Shown piece by piece: positions 32,249-40,874 of a stretch of DNA of 64,000 bases. This DNA comes from an uncultured delta proteobacterium (GTDB lineage Bacteria; Myxococcota; Myxococcia; Myxococcales; Myxococcaceae). Below the pieces are notes generated by a model. It did no database searches. It had not been told where the DNA came from and saw only the letters and a list, made by a program, of their open reading frames with translations. The position numbers were made by a program, and so were the translations under genes. Numbering within the stretch: the first letter of the stretch is position 1; each line of letters begins with the position of its first letter. The stretch spans positions 1 to 64,000 of the forward strand of contig CAVZMH010000019.1 of NCBI GenBank assembly GCA_963776345.1, in the 5' to 3' direction.

Positions 32249-34252
32249 GTGATCATCTCCTGCGCGCAGTGCCACACCCGCTTCAAGGTGCCCGACGGGA
32301 AGGTCACCGCGCGTGGGCGCAAGGTCCGCTGCTCGCGGTGCGGACACACCTTCCGCATCTTCCCGGAGTCCGCATCCGATCGCGTGGGGGATGCGGCGCC
32401 TGCCGCACCGCGTCCGAGCGTCCCTGACCCGTTCCAGGCGTTCGGTCCCGAGGGGACCTTGGACATGGAGAAGACGCCTGCGCGCGGGACGACGGTCTCG
32501 GCCCTCCTCGCGCAGATGGCGCCGGCCCAGTCGGCAGAGGACTTCGACGTCGACGTCTCCGGGGAGCCGCCGGTCACCGAGCCCGCCTGGAACTTCCCCC
32601 CGCCCCCCGCGCCTCCGGACCTCGCGTCCGGCGGGGCCGCGGTGGACCTCGAGGCCGAGCCGGCCCGCGCCCACGAGGTGCCTGGCCACGAGGTGTCCCA
32701 CGAGGTGTCTGACACCTCCGTCGGAAACACCTCCCTGGACCAGGGCGGCCTCGGCACCCCGGACTGGCCGGACGACCTCGCCTCCCACGAGGCGGCTGAC
32801 ACCTCCTTCGACACCTCTTTCGGAGACACCTCCTTCGGAGACACCTCCCTGGACCAGGGCGGCCTCGGCACCCCGGACTGGCCGGACGACCTCGCAGCGG
32901 TGCCGCCGGATCCGGTCTCCGTGCCCCCGCCCGCCCCTCCGGAGGACCTCTCCTCGATGGCCGGGTTCACCCCGGCCTGGGGCGTTGCCGCGCCCGTCCG
33001 GGCGCTCTCGGTGGACGGCACGCTGGGGAGCCACGTGTCCAGCCTGGCGCCCGCCGCCGAGCCGGAGTCGCCACCGCCGGCACCGCAGTTCGGCGGAGCG
33101 GGCACCGTCCTGGACGACCTCCCCACGCTCGAGCCGGCGAGTCGTCCCCCGAGCGACCTGGAGCTGGATCCGGGCAACGACGCCCGCGACTGGACCGGCG
33201 CCGCTCCCGGTGGACACCTGGGGATGCAGCTCGAGCTCGAGCCCGACCTCGCGTCGCTCGAGCTGGACCGCCGCCCGCCCCCGGAGCCCCGGCCCGCGTC
33301 GCCTCCCGACCCTGCCTGGGCCCTCCCGGTCTCGGGTGGCTCGCCCGCGCCCGCGGCACCCGCCTCGTTTGGACTGGCCTGGGACGACCCGTTCGGCGAG
33401 CCCCTGCCTCCACCGCCTGCGCCGGCTTCCCCGCAGGAGCCGGCCATCGCCCTCTCGGCTGCGCCCGCCGCCCCGAACTCCGTGCTGCTCGACGAGGCTC
33501 CTGCGCCGCCCTCCGGCCAGCCGGACCACGGCTTCTTCGAGATGTCGGGGGCCTCGCCATCCTCCCGTCCCGAGCCGTCCGGCGCGCTGCTCCCCGACGT
33601 GCCCGAGGCCGAGGAGCCGTCGGCAGCACCCGGGTCCACGGGTCCAGGACGGCCGGCGCCGATGCCCGCCATCTCCAAGCCTCCGGGGCGGGCGCGGCTC
33701 GGACTTCAAGAACGCGAGCAGCTGGGAACCGCGCGCCGGGTGAGCGCGGTCATCCTCAACGTGGGCCTCGCCGCGCTCCTCCTCCTCGTGGTCCTCGGGC
33801 TCGCCTCGAGCTGGGTGACCGCCGGACGGGTGGACGGCTCCGCGCTCTCGCCCCGGCGGCTCCTCCAGGCGCTGCGTTCTGGCAGCGGCGTCACCCCGGT
33901 CGAGGTCACGCCCGGGACGTACGAGACCCGGTCGGGGCGCTCGCTGCTCTACGTGCGCGGCCGGGTGCTCAACCGCGGCGCTCCCTCGGCGCGCGTCCGC
34001 GTCCGGGTCGAGGTCTGGGACGGGGCCCAGGCGGTGAAGTCCGGCGAGACGCTGGCCGGGGCCATCGCCACGCCCGAGGAGCTGTGGCGCGCCGCGACCC
34101 CGGCCGACCTCGACGCACTGCGGGCACGGCTCGTCTCGGCGGCCACTCCGGTGGCCGACGGCCAGCAGGCGGACTTCCTGGTTCTGCTCGACGAGGCCCC
34201 GCCCGACCTCTCGGGTCTGCGGCTCCGGGTCACCGCCAGCGTCGAGCGCTGA
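32249..34252 (+). CDS. Zinc-ribbon (MJ0042-type) membrane protein with a long Pro/acidic linker
   Basis: CAQCHTRF...VRCSRCGHTF, low-complexity linker, single TM, C-terminal beta domain (YVRGRVLN). Confidence 0.8.
   Translation: MIISCAQCHTRFKVPDGKVTARGRKVRCSRCGHTFRIFPESASDRVGDAAPAAPRPSVPDPFQAFGPEGTLDMEKTPARGTTVSALLAQMAPAQSAEDFDVDVSGEPPVTEPAWNFPPPPAPPDLASGGAAVDLEAEPARAHEVPGHEVSHEVSDTSVGNTSLDQGGLGTPDWPDDLASHEAADTSFDTSFGDTSFGDTSLDQGGLGTPDWPDDLAAVPPDPVSVPPPAPPEDLSSMAGFTPAWGVAAPVRALSVDGTLGSHVSSLAPAAEPESPPPAPQFGGAGTVLDDLPTLEPASRPPSDLELDPGNDARDWTGAAPGGHLGMQLELEPDLASLELDRRPPPEPRPASPPDPAWALPVSGGSPAPAAPASFGLAWDDPFGEPLPPPPAPASPQEPAIALSAAPAAPNSVLLDEAPAPPSGQPDHGFFEMSGASPSSRPEPSGALLPDVPEAEEPSAAPGSTGPGRPAPMPAISKPPGRARLGLQEREQLGTARRVSAVILNVGLAALLLLVVLGLASSWVTAGRVDGSALSPRRLLQALRSGSGVTPVEVTPGTYETRSGRSLLYVRGRVLNRGAPSARVRVRVEVWDGAQAVKSGETLAGAIATPEELWRAATPADLDALRARLVSAATPVADGQQADFLVLLDEAPPDLSGLRLRVTASVER
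32702..32895. repeat. Intragenic repeats: GAGGTGTCTGACACCTC palindrome, GACACCTC units and a ~55-bp direct duplication
   Basis: acacctccctggaccagggcggcctcggcaccccggactggccggacgacctcgc occurs at ~32727 and ~32841. Confidence 0.85.
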
Positions 34253-34283
34253 CGCGGCGGTGGTGCGCCGCCCCCCCCCGAGT

Positions 34284-34505
34284 TCAGCCCTGGCCGGAGT
34301 CGCCGCCCTGCGCGCCGCGATCGCCTGGCGGCCGGAGCGCGCGCTCCGGCTTCACGTCGATGAAGCCCTGACCCTGGGACGCCTTCTTGAAGGAGTAGAT
34401 GAACTTCCCCAGCGCGTTGCCCAGCGACGCCATCCGCGAGGCGGAGAACACCACCAGCAGCACGAAGCCGATGACCAGCAGCTCTCCGAACCCGAGACGA
34501 GGCAT
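34284..34505 (-). CDS. tatA: TatA/E family subunit
   Basis: LGFGELLVIGFVLLVVF...LGNALGKFIYSFKKA. Confidence 0.8.
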   Translation of the reverse strand: MPRLGFGELLVIGFVLLVVFSASRMASLGNALGKFIYSFKKASQGQGFIDVKPERALRPPGDRGAQGGDSGQG

Positions 34506-34591
34506 GATCCGGGCCGGACCATCGCCTGCAGGGCCACGCGGTGCAAGCCGCTTGACCTCTCCGGGCTCCTGAACGGACGCTCGCCGGCGCC

Positions 34592-35314
34592 GTGCGCATC
34601 CTCGGTCACCGGGGCGCGAGCAGCGACGCGCCGGAGAACACGCTCGCCGCGTTCCAGCTCGCGCTGGCCCAGGGCGCCGACGGCGTGGAGCTGGACGCCC
34701 GGCTCTGCGGCTCCGGAGAGGTGGTGGTCTTCCACGACCAGCGGCTGGAGCGGCTCACCGACGCCACCGGCCGGGTGGCGGACACGCCCTGGTCGGCGCT
34801 GGCGCGGCTCGAGGTGCGCGCCGGTCCGCCGGGAGCCGCTCCCGGGCGAATCCCGCTGCTCGCCGAGGTGCTCGAGGCGCTCCCTCGCACCGCGTTCATC
34901 AACGTCGAGCTGAAGAGCGAGGACTGGACCGGGAGCGCCGTCGCCGGCGCCGCCGGAGCGCTGCTCGAGGCCGGCCGCCACCAGGACCACGTCGTCGTCT
35001 CGTCGTTCGACCTGCGCTGCCTCTTGCGGCTCGCGCTCGGCCACCCCGGGCTGCGCCGGGGTCTGCTGCTCGATCCGGACCGCCCGCAGCTCCTCCAGCG
35101 CACGGTGGCGCTTCACCTCCTCGGGCGGGACGCGGTCCATCCCCAGGCCACCCAGCTCACCGAGGCCGACGTGCGCCGCTGGCACGCCTGCGGCCGCGAG
35201 GTGGCGGTGTGGACGGTGGACGACCCGGATCTGGCCCGCCGGCTCAGCGCCTGGGGCGTGGACAGCTGCATCACCAACCGCCCGGGAGCGCTCCGGGCGG
35301 CGCTCGGCGGCTGA
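34592..35314 (+). CDS. Glycerophosphodiester phosphodiesterase
   Basis: GHRGAS, PENTLAAF, ELDA, VFHD, NVELK, WTVDD, ITNRP. Confidence 0.93.
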   Translation: MRILGHRGASSDAPENTLAAFQLALAQGADGVELDARLCGSGEVVVFHDQRLERLTDATGRVADTPWSALARLEVRAGPPGAAPGRIPLLAEVLEALPRTAFINVELKSEDWTGSAVAGAAGALLEAGRHQDHVVVSSFDLRCLLRLALGHPGLRRGLLLDPDRPQLLQRTVALHLLGRDAVHPQATQLTEADVRRWHACGREVAVWTVDDPDLARRLSAWGVDSCITNRPGALRAALGG

Positions 35315-35386
35315 GCCCGATCGACGCCGGCGCGCCCCTGCGCCGGCCCCGCAGGCGTCCCCCTGGTGCGGGGGTGAGCACGATCG

Positions 35387-38300
35387 CTACGGCCGGGCCG
35401 CCGTCTCGCCCTGGTTCCTGGCCAGCGCCTGCGCCACGGCGGCGGGACGCCGGCGGATGATCAGCACCTTGCGCGAGGCGAAGTCCTGCGTCTGGCGCGC
35501 CACCACCATCACCGAGTTCGCGCCCTCCTTCAGCGAGAAGTCGGCGCTGAACTTCAGCTTGGTGGGCTCGTTCTTCGGGCTGTCCGAGGTCCGGAAGAAG
35601 ACCTTCTGGTCGTTGACCAGCACGTACATGTCCAGGAGACCCTTGGGCTCGCTGACCGTGCCGGAGAGGGTGAAGCGGTCGGAGGGCGCCACCACCCCGC
35701 CCTGGGTCTGGTCGACCTGGAGGGCGATCTGCGGCGGCTCGCGGTACGGGACCGCGGTGAGCTCGGGCGGCGCGGCCTTCGCGTTGCGCGTGTCGTGCGC
35801 GTCGGCGGCGCGCACGAAGCCGAAGCGGCCCTTCTCGGTCTCGACCTTGGTCAGGCCGTTGACCCGGGCGAGGACCGGGACCACCCCGGCCTTCTTCACC
35901 TTGGCCATCACCGGGGCCCGTTCATCCGGACCGGCGAGCACCGGCGCGCCGGCCTCCAGCCGCACGGAGCCCTTCCGCGCCTCGACGGTGTAGGGCCTGT
36001 CGGACAGAGGGAGGTTCAGGCGCTCGGTCGCGAACTCCTCCAGCGGCTCGTCGACCACCGCCAGCTTCAGGGGGAAGGTGTCGCCCACGTAGCCCTTCTT
36101 CACCTCGAGCTGGAAGCGCGCGGTCTTGGTCTCTCCGGGCGCGAGCTCGCCGAGGTGGAAGCGGCCCTTCTCGATGAAGACGTTCTGGTCGGCGGCGTTC
36201 TTGATCGAGCCGACCGTGTCCAGCGCCTTCCCCGGCCCCTGGTTGGTCACGTCCACCAGCAGGGTCACCGTCTCGCCTCGCTGGGCCACGCCGTCGCCGT
36301 TGCACTGCGCGCAGTCGTCCACCACCTGCCAGTCGAGCGCGAAGGCCGGGCGGGCCAGCTCGCCGAAGTTCACCTCGGCCACCAGCTGCTGCGGCAGCGC
36401 ACCCTGATCGTCGAAGAACTTCACCGTCACGTCGTCGCGGCGGCTGTAGAGGTCCTTGGGCAGCTTCACCGGCGCCTTCCAGGTGCGCTTCTCGCCCGGC
36501 TTGAGGGTGCCGAAGAGGAACTCGCGATGGTCGAGCATCGGGTCCTCGCTCTCGGTCCAGGCCCGGATGCGCGAGAGCGGCTCGGAGCCCTTGTTCTCCA
36601 CCGTGACCTCGAGGTCGAACGCGTCACCGGGGTTGAGCCGCTTCTCGGGGCCCGGGCGGAGCGTGGCCTGGAGGTGCGGCGCCTTCGGGGTGGGCCCCGG
36701 GGTCCAGTCCACGCCCAGCGCGGCGATGGCGGTGTTGATCCGCTCGGTCTCCTGCTGGCCGCGCTCCTGGAGGAATCCCTTCCCGGCCTGCAGCATCCGG
36801 TCGCGCTGAACGAACGGCTCCTTGAGCACGAAGTCGCGGGCGAAGAGGACCTCGAAGTCCTCCTTCACCTCGTCCTGGGCCTCGGCGTCGAGCTGGTCGT
36901 AGAGGTCCTCGTCCAGCTTGTTGGGGTCGGTGTCCAGGAGCGGGTGGGCGTCCTTCTTCTTGCCCGGCTCGGGCCTGGCGCCTTTGTCCTTCTCGCTGCG
37001 GGAGAGCTTGGGGTCCTTGCCCTCCTCCGCCTTCTGCTGGCGGGCCGCGGCGTCCTTTTGCTTCGCGTCCTCCTTCAGGTAGCGCATGCTGACGAAGGGC
37101 TTCTCCTTGCCCAGGACCTCCTCGCGCTTGGTGGCCGCGGCCTGGCTGCTGGAGTTGCCGAAGTGGTGCTCGAGGTCCGCCTCGCCCAGCGTCTTCCTAG
37201 GGGCGAAGACGTTCACCCGGTCGGCGGTGACGCGGGTGGGGACGAGCTCGATGTCCGGCTCGATGCCCACCTCCTGGATGCTGACGTCGCCCGGGGTGAG
37301 GTACTTGGCGATGGTGAGCTTGAGCGCGCTCTCGTCGTTGGGGTTCCCGGTGGGCGAGCCGAACTCGTAGAGCACCTGCACCGAGCCCTTGCCGAAGGTC
37401 TGCTGGCCGATGATCACCGCGCGGTTCAGGTTCTTCAGCGCGCCGGCGACGATCTCCGAGGCCGAGGCGCTGCCGGGGTTCACCAGCACCGCCAGCGGAT
37501 ACTTGTTGTCGCCGTCGTCGGCGTGGGCGCGCTTCTCCTCGCGCTGCCGCTCGCTCAGCGAGACGGTGGTGACGATGGTCCCCTGGCTGAGGAAGAGGTC
37601 CGAGACCTGGATCGCCTGCTCCAGCAGCCCCCCGGGGTTGCCGCGGAGGTCGAGCACCACGCCCTTCAGCCCGCCGGTGGCCTCGGCGTCGCTCGCCAGC
37701 TTGCCCAGCGCGGCCTGCATGTCGCGGGTGGTGTTGCCCTGGAAGTTCTTGAGCCGGATGTAGCCCACGTTCCCGGCGAGCAGCTTGGACTGCACCGACT
37801 CGATGGAGATGGTGGCCCGGGCCAGGGTCAGCACCATCGGCCGGTCCATGCTCTTGCGCTCGACGGTGATGGTGACCCGGCTGTCCACCGGGCCGCGCAG
37901 CTTGGACACGGCCTCGTTGAGGTCCATGTTGACCGTGGACTCCTCGCCGATCTTCTTGATCTGGTCGTCCTTCTTGATGCCGGCGCGCGAGGCGGGTGTC
38001 TTGGGGAGCACCCGCACCACGGTGAGGTTGCTCTCCTTCATCTGGATGACGAAGCCGAGGCCGCCGAACTCACCCTTGGTGGTGAGCCGCATCTCCCGGT
38101 AGTACTCGGGCTTGAGCAGCACCGAGTGCGGGTCCAGCGTGGAGAGCATGCCGTTGACCGCCGCGTACTCCACGTCGCGGGTGTCCTCGCTGGGCCGGAG
38201 GTTGTTCCCGATGAACTCGAAGACGTCCTTCATCTGGAAGGACATCTTCCAGAGCGAATCGACGTGGCTGATGTCGAAGTCGCGGGTCTTCCCGTTGACG

Positions 38301-38650
38301 TTGAGGTGGAGCGCCTGGCGCTCCTTGTCCGCCTCGACCATCACGTCCGGGACGGTACGCTCCACCTGCTCCAGCGCGGCGACCATCATCTCGCGCGGGT
38401 TGATGCGCTTGGGGTCGACGTACGCGTCCTTCACGTAGATCACGACCTTGTTGAAGATCTTGAGCGCCGACAGGTCGTGCGGCGGGCGATCTCCGTTGCG
38501 GAGGACGTCGGAGGAGCCCTCGCCGCGAGCGGCGGGACCGGCGACGGCCTCGCCGACGGTGAAGGGGAGCGGCGCGTGGTCACGCGCGAGGAGGGCCCAG
38601 GCCCCGAGAAGAGCGAGGACCAGGAGAGAACGGCGCATCAATCGGGGCAT
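35387..38650 (-). CDS. S41 C-terminal processing protease with PDZ and C-terminal Ig/CARDB-like domains (myxobacterial extended type)
   Basis: LDPHS, GEFGGLG, DLRGNPGGLL, SASASEIVAGAL, TFGKGSVQ. Confidence 0.92.
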   Translation of the reverse strand: MPRLMRRSLLVLALLGAWALLARDHAPLPFTVGEAVAGPAARGEGSSDVLRNGDRPPHDLSALKIFNKVVIYVKDAYVDPKRINPREMMVAALEQVERTVPDVMVEADKERQALHLNVNGKTRDFDISHVDSLWKMSFQMKDVFEFIGNNLRPSEDTRDVEYAAVNGMLSTLDPHSVLLKPEYYREMRLTTKGEFGGLGFVIQMKESNLTVVRVLPKTPASRAGIKKDDQIKKIGEESTVNMDLNEAVSKLRGPVDSRVTITVERKSMDRPMVLTLARATISIESVQSKLLAGNVGYIRLKNFQGNTTRDMQAALGKLASDAEATGGLKGVVLDLRGNPGGLLEQAIQVSDLFLSQGTIVTTVSLSERQREEKRAHADDGDNKYPLAVLVNPGSASASEIVAGALKNLNRAVIIGQQTFGKGSVQVLYEFGSPTGNPNDESALKLTIAKYLTPGDVSIQEVGIEPDIELVPTRVTADRVNVFAPRKTLGEADLEHHFGNSSSQAAATKREEVLGKEKPFVSMRYLKEDAKQKDAAARQQKAEEGKDPKLSRSEKDKGARPEPGKKKDAHPLLDTDPNKLDEDLYDQLDAEAQDEVKEDFEVLFARDFVLKEPFVQRDRMLQAGKGFLQERGQQETERINTAIAALGVDWTPGPTPKAPHLQATLRPGPEKRLNPGDAFDLEVTVENKGSEPLSRIRAWTESEDPMLDHREFLFGTLKPGEKRTWKAPVKLPKDLYSRRDDVTVKFFDDQGALPQQLVAEVNFGELARPAFALDWQVVDDCAQCNGDGVAQRGETVTLLVDVTNQGPGKALDTVGSIKNAADQNVFIEKGRFHLGELAPGETKTARFQLEVKKGYVGDTFPLKLAVVDEPLEEFATERLNLPLSDRPYTVEARKGSVRLEAGAPVLAGPDERAPVMAKVKKAGVVPVLARVNGLTKVETEKGRFGFVRAADAHDTRNAKAAPPELTAVPYREPPQIALQVDQTQGGVVAPSDRFTLSGTVSEPKGLLDMYVLVNDQKVFFRTSDSPKNEPTKLKFSADFSLKEGANSVMVVARQTQDFASRKVLIIRRRPAAVAQALARNQGETAARP

Positions 38651-38687
38651 GGGGAGTGATCGACTCTAACCACCGGGTATGGGGCCT

Positions 38688-39458
38688 TCAAGACAGGGTC
38701 CCGGCGGAAACCAGCGAACGGTGCAGGAGAGTCCCGGCGACGACGGCGACCGGCACCAGGAACAGGTTCAGGAGCGGGACCCACAGGAGCACGGTGACCG
38801 ACAGCCCGAAGCCCAGGGCGAGCCCGGTGCGCCGGCCAAGCACCCGCCGCACCTCGGCAAAGGAGCCTCCGCGCCGGGCCACCGGTGGGTCGAGGTACTC
38901 GGCGCAGGCGAAGAGCGCGGTCAAGCCCACCCCGGCCCCCGCCCAGAGCGGCGCGGCGGCCGGCAGGAGCAGCTGGAGGGCCAGGAGCAGCGCCTGACCC
39001 ACGAGGAGGACCAGCACCCGGGCGGTGGTCCGCGCCAGGGCGGAGGCTGCCAGGCGCGCGGCGCGGCCGAGGCCGACCGGGGGGGCGGGCGGTGCGCCCA
39101 CCGCCGACTCGGTGGCCTCCACCAGGAAGTCCTCGAGCGGTGCCAGCGCGAGCAGGGGAAGGGTCGCCGCGCCCACCAGCCAGGCGAGTGCGCCGCCGAC
39201 GACGAGCGTGAGCTGCCAGAGCCATCCCGCGGCGCCCTCCGGATGCGGCCAAACCCGCGCGAGCACCTCGGGGAGCCAGGTCCAGAGCGCCCAGCCCCAG
39301 AGCCCGAAGACCAGGAGGGTGATGGCCGCGCACAGCGCCGCGAGCCGCCTCAGGCGGGGGACGCGGAGCACCAGCTGCGCCGCCCGGACCGGGAAGGTCG
39401 CTCCCCGGAATGGGTCGAGTGGACCACTGTCGCGCGGCAGCTCGGGGGTGTCTTCCAT
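38688..39458 (-). CDS. EI24/CysZ-like membrane protein
   Basis: APLEDFLVEATE, EYLD, WVPLLNLFLVPVAVVAGT. Confidence 0.75.
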   Translation of the reverse strand: MEDTPELPRDSGPLDPFRGATFPVRAAQLVLRVPRLRRLAALCAAITLLVFGLWGWALWTWLPEVLARVWPHPEGAAGWLWQLTLVVGGALAWLVGAATLPLLALAPLEDFLVEATESAVGAPPAPPVGLGRAARLAASALARTTARVLVLLVGQALLLALQLLLPAAAPLWAGAGVGLTALFACAEYLDPPVARRGGSFAEVRRVLGRRTGLALGFGLSVTVLLWVPLLNLFLVPVAVVAGTLLHRSLVSAGTLS

Positions 39459-39507
39459 GGAAGGGAGCGGGCATGGCCCACGCCCCCTGTTATATGCGCG
39501 GCCCTGC

Positions 39508-40857
39508 ATGTCGCTCGACCGCGCTCCGACCGAAGACGAGGTCGTCACCTCCGCCGACGCGCTGATCGACGTCTTCCGGTCGGCCGAGCGACCGCGCGCC
39601 GAGCAACGCGTGGGGCTGGAGCACGAGAAGTTCCTGTATCCGGTGGAGGACCCGCCCGCGCCGGTACCGTACGAGGGTCCGCGCGGCATCGGGGCGCTGC
39701 TCGAGCTGCTCGAGGCGCGGGGCTACACACCCTTCCGGGACGCTCCGGACGCGCCGTCCATTGCGTTGACCCGGGACGACCACACGCTGTCGCTCGAGCC
39801 GGGCGGGCAGTTCGAGCTGTCGGGCACGCCGGCGCGGACCGCGCGTGCGGTGCACGCCGAGAACCTGGCCCACGCGCGGATGCTGACCGAGGCCGCGGCG
39901 ACGCTCGGCCTGGTGCCGGTGACGCTCGGGTACCGGCCCTGGGGCACCACGGCGGACATGCCGTGGATGCCCAAGAAGCGCTACCAGATGATGCGGCAGA
40001 CGCTGCCCGTCCGCGGGAAGCTGGCGCTGGACATGATGCTGATGACCTGCACCGGGCAGGTCTCGCTCGACTGGGTGTCCGAGGCGGACTGCGCGCGGAA
40101 GCTGACCGCGACCGCGCGCCTCACGCCGATCCTGGTCGCACTGTTCGCCAACAGCCCGCTGGTGCAGGGCCAGTCGAGCGGCTGGATGAGCTACCGGAGC
40201 CACGTGTGGAGCGACGTCGACTCGACGCGCTGCGGGTACTTCCCCCGGATGCTGGACGGGACGTTCGACTATCGCGCCTACGTCGACTGGGCGATGCAGG
40301 CGCCGCTGCTGTTCATCCGGCGGAACGGCGGCTACGCGACGCCGTCGCTGACCTTCGGCCAGCTGCTGGAGCGCGGGTTCGAGGGGCAGCCGGCGCGCCG
40401 CTCGGACTGGACGGACCACCTGTCGACCCTCTTCCCCGAGGTGCGCATCAAGCGGGTGATGGAGGTGCGGGGGGCCGACTCGGTCTCGCTGGAGATGACC
40501 GCGGGCCTCCCGGCGCTGTGGCGTGGGCTGCTCTACGACGACGCCTCGCTGGACGCGGCGCTGGGGCTGGTGCCGCGGCTGTCGTTCGCCGAGCACCTGA
40601 CGTTCCACGAGGAGGGCCAGCGGCACGGGCTGCGCGGGAAGCTCCGCCGGACCTCGCTGGCGTCCATGGCGCTGGAGATGATCCGCCTGGCGCGCGCGGG
40701 GCTTCAGCACCTCGACCCCGAGGACGTGCCGCTGCTGGAGCCGCTCGAGGCGCGGGCGAGGTCGGGGCGCTCTCCGGCGGAGGACGTGCTCGACGCCGCG
40801 AAGCAGGAGAGCTCACCGGCGCGGCTGCTCGCGCGCTTCGCGCTGCTCCCCCGCTGA
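39508..40857 (+). CDS. gshA: Glutamate-cysteine ligase (GCS2/plant type)
   Basis: VGLEHEKF, SLEPGGQFELSG, MPKKRY, ALFANSP, HLSTLFPEVRIK, EVRGAD. Confidence 0.92.
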   Translation: MSLDRAPTEDEVVTSADALIDVFRSAERPRAEQRVGLEHEKFLYPVEDPPAPVPYEGPRGIGALLELLEARGYTPFRDAPDAPSIALTRDDHTLSLEPGGQFELSGTPARTARAVHAENLAHARMLTEAAATLGLVPVTLGYRPWGTTADMPWMPKKRYQMMRQTLPVRGKLALDMMLMTCTGQVSLDWVSEADCARKLTATARLTPILVALFANSPLVQGQSSGWMSYRSHVWSDVDSTRCGYFPRMLDGTFDYRAYVDWAMQAPLLFIRRNGGYATPSLTFGQLLERGFEGQPARRSDWTDHLSTLFPEVRIKRVMEVRGADSVSLEMTAGLPALWRGLLYDDASLDAALGLVPRLSFAEHLTFHEEGQRHGLRGKLRRTSLASMALEMIRLARAGLQHLDPEDVPLLEPLEARARSGRSPAEDVLDAAKQESSPARLLARFALLPR

Positions 40858-40874
40858 GGCCCCGAGCGCCCGGT

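Noticed and set aside
32700..32900. CRISPR-like array
   Set aside because: The repeats are in frame within a CDS, irregularly spaced, lack unique spacers, and no cas genes are present.
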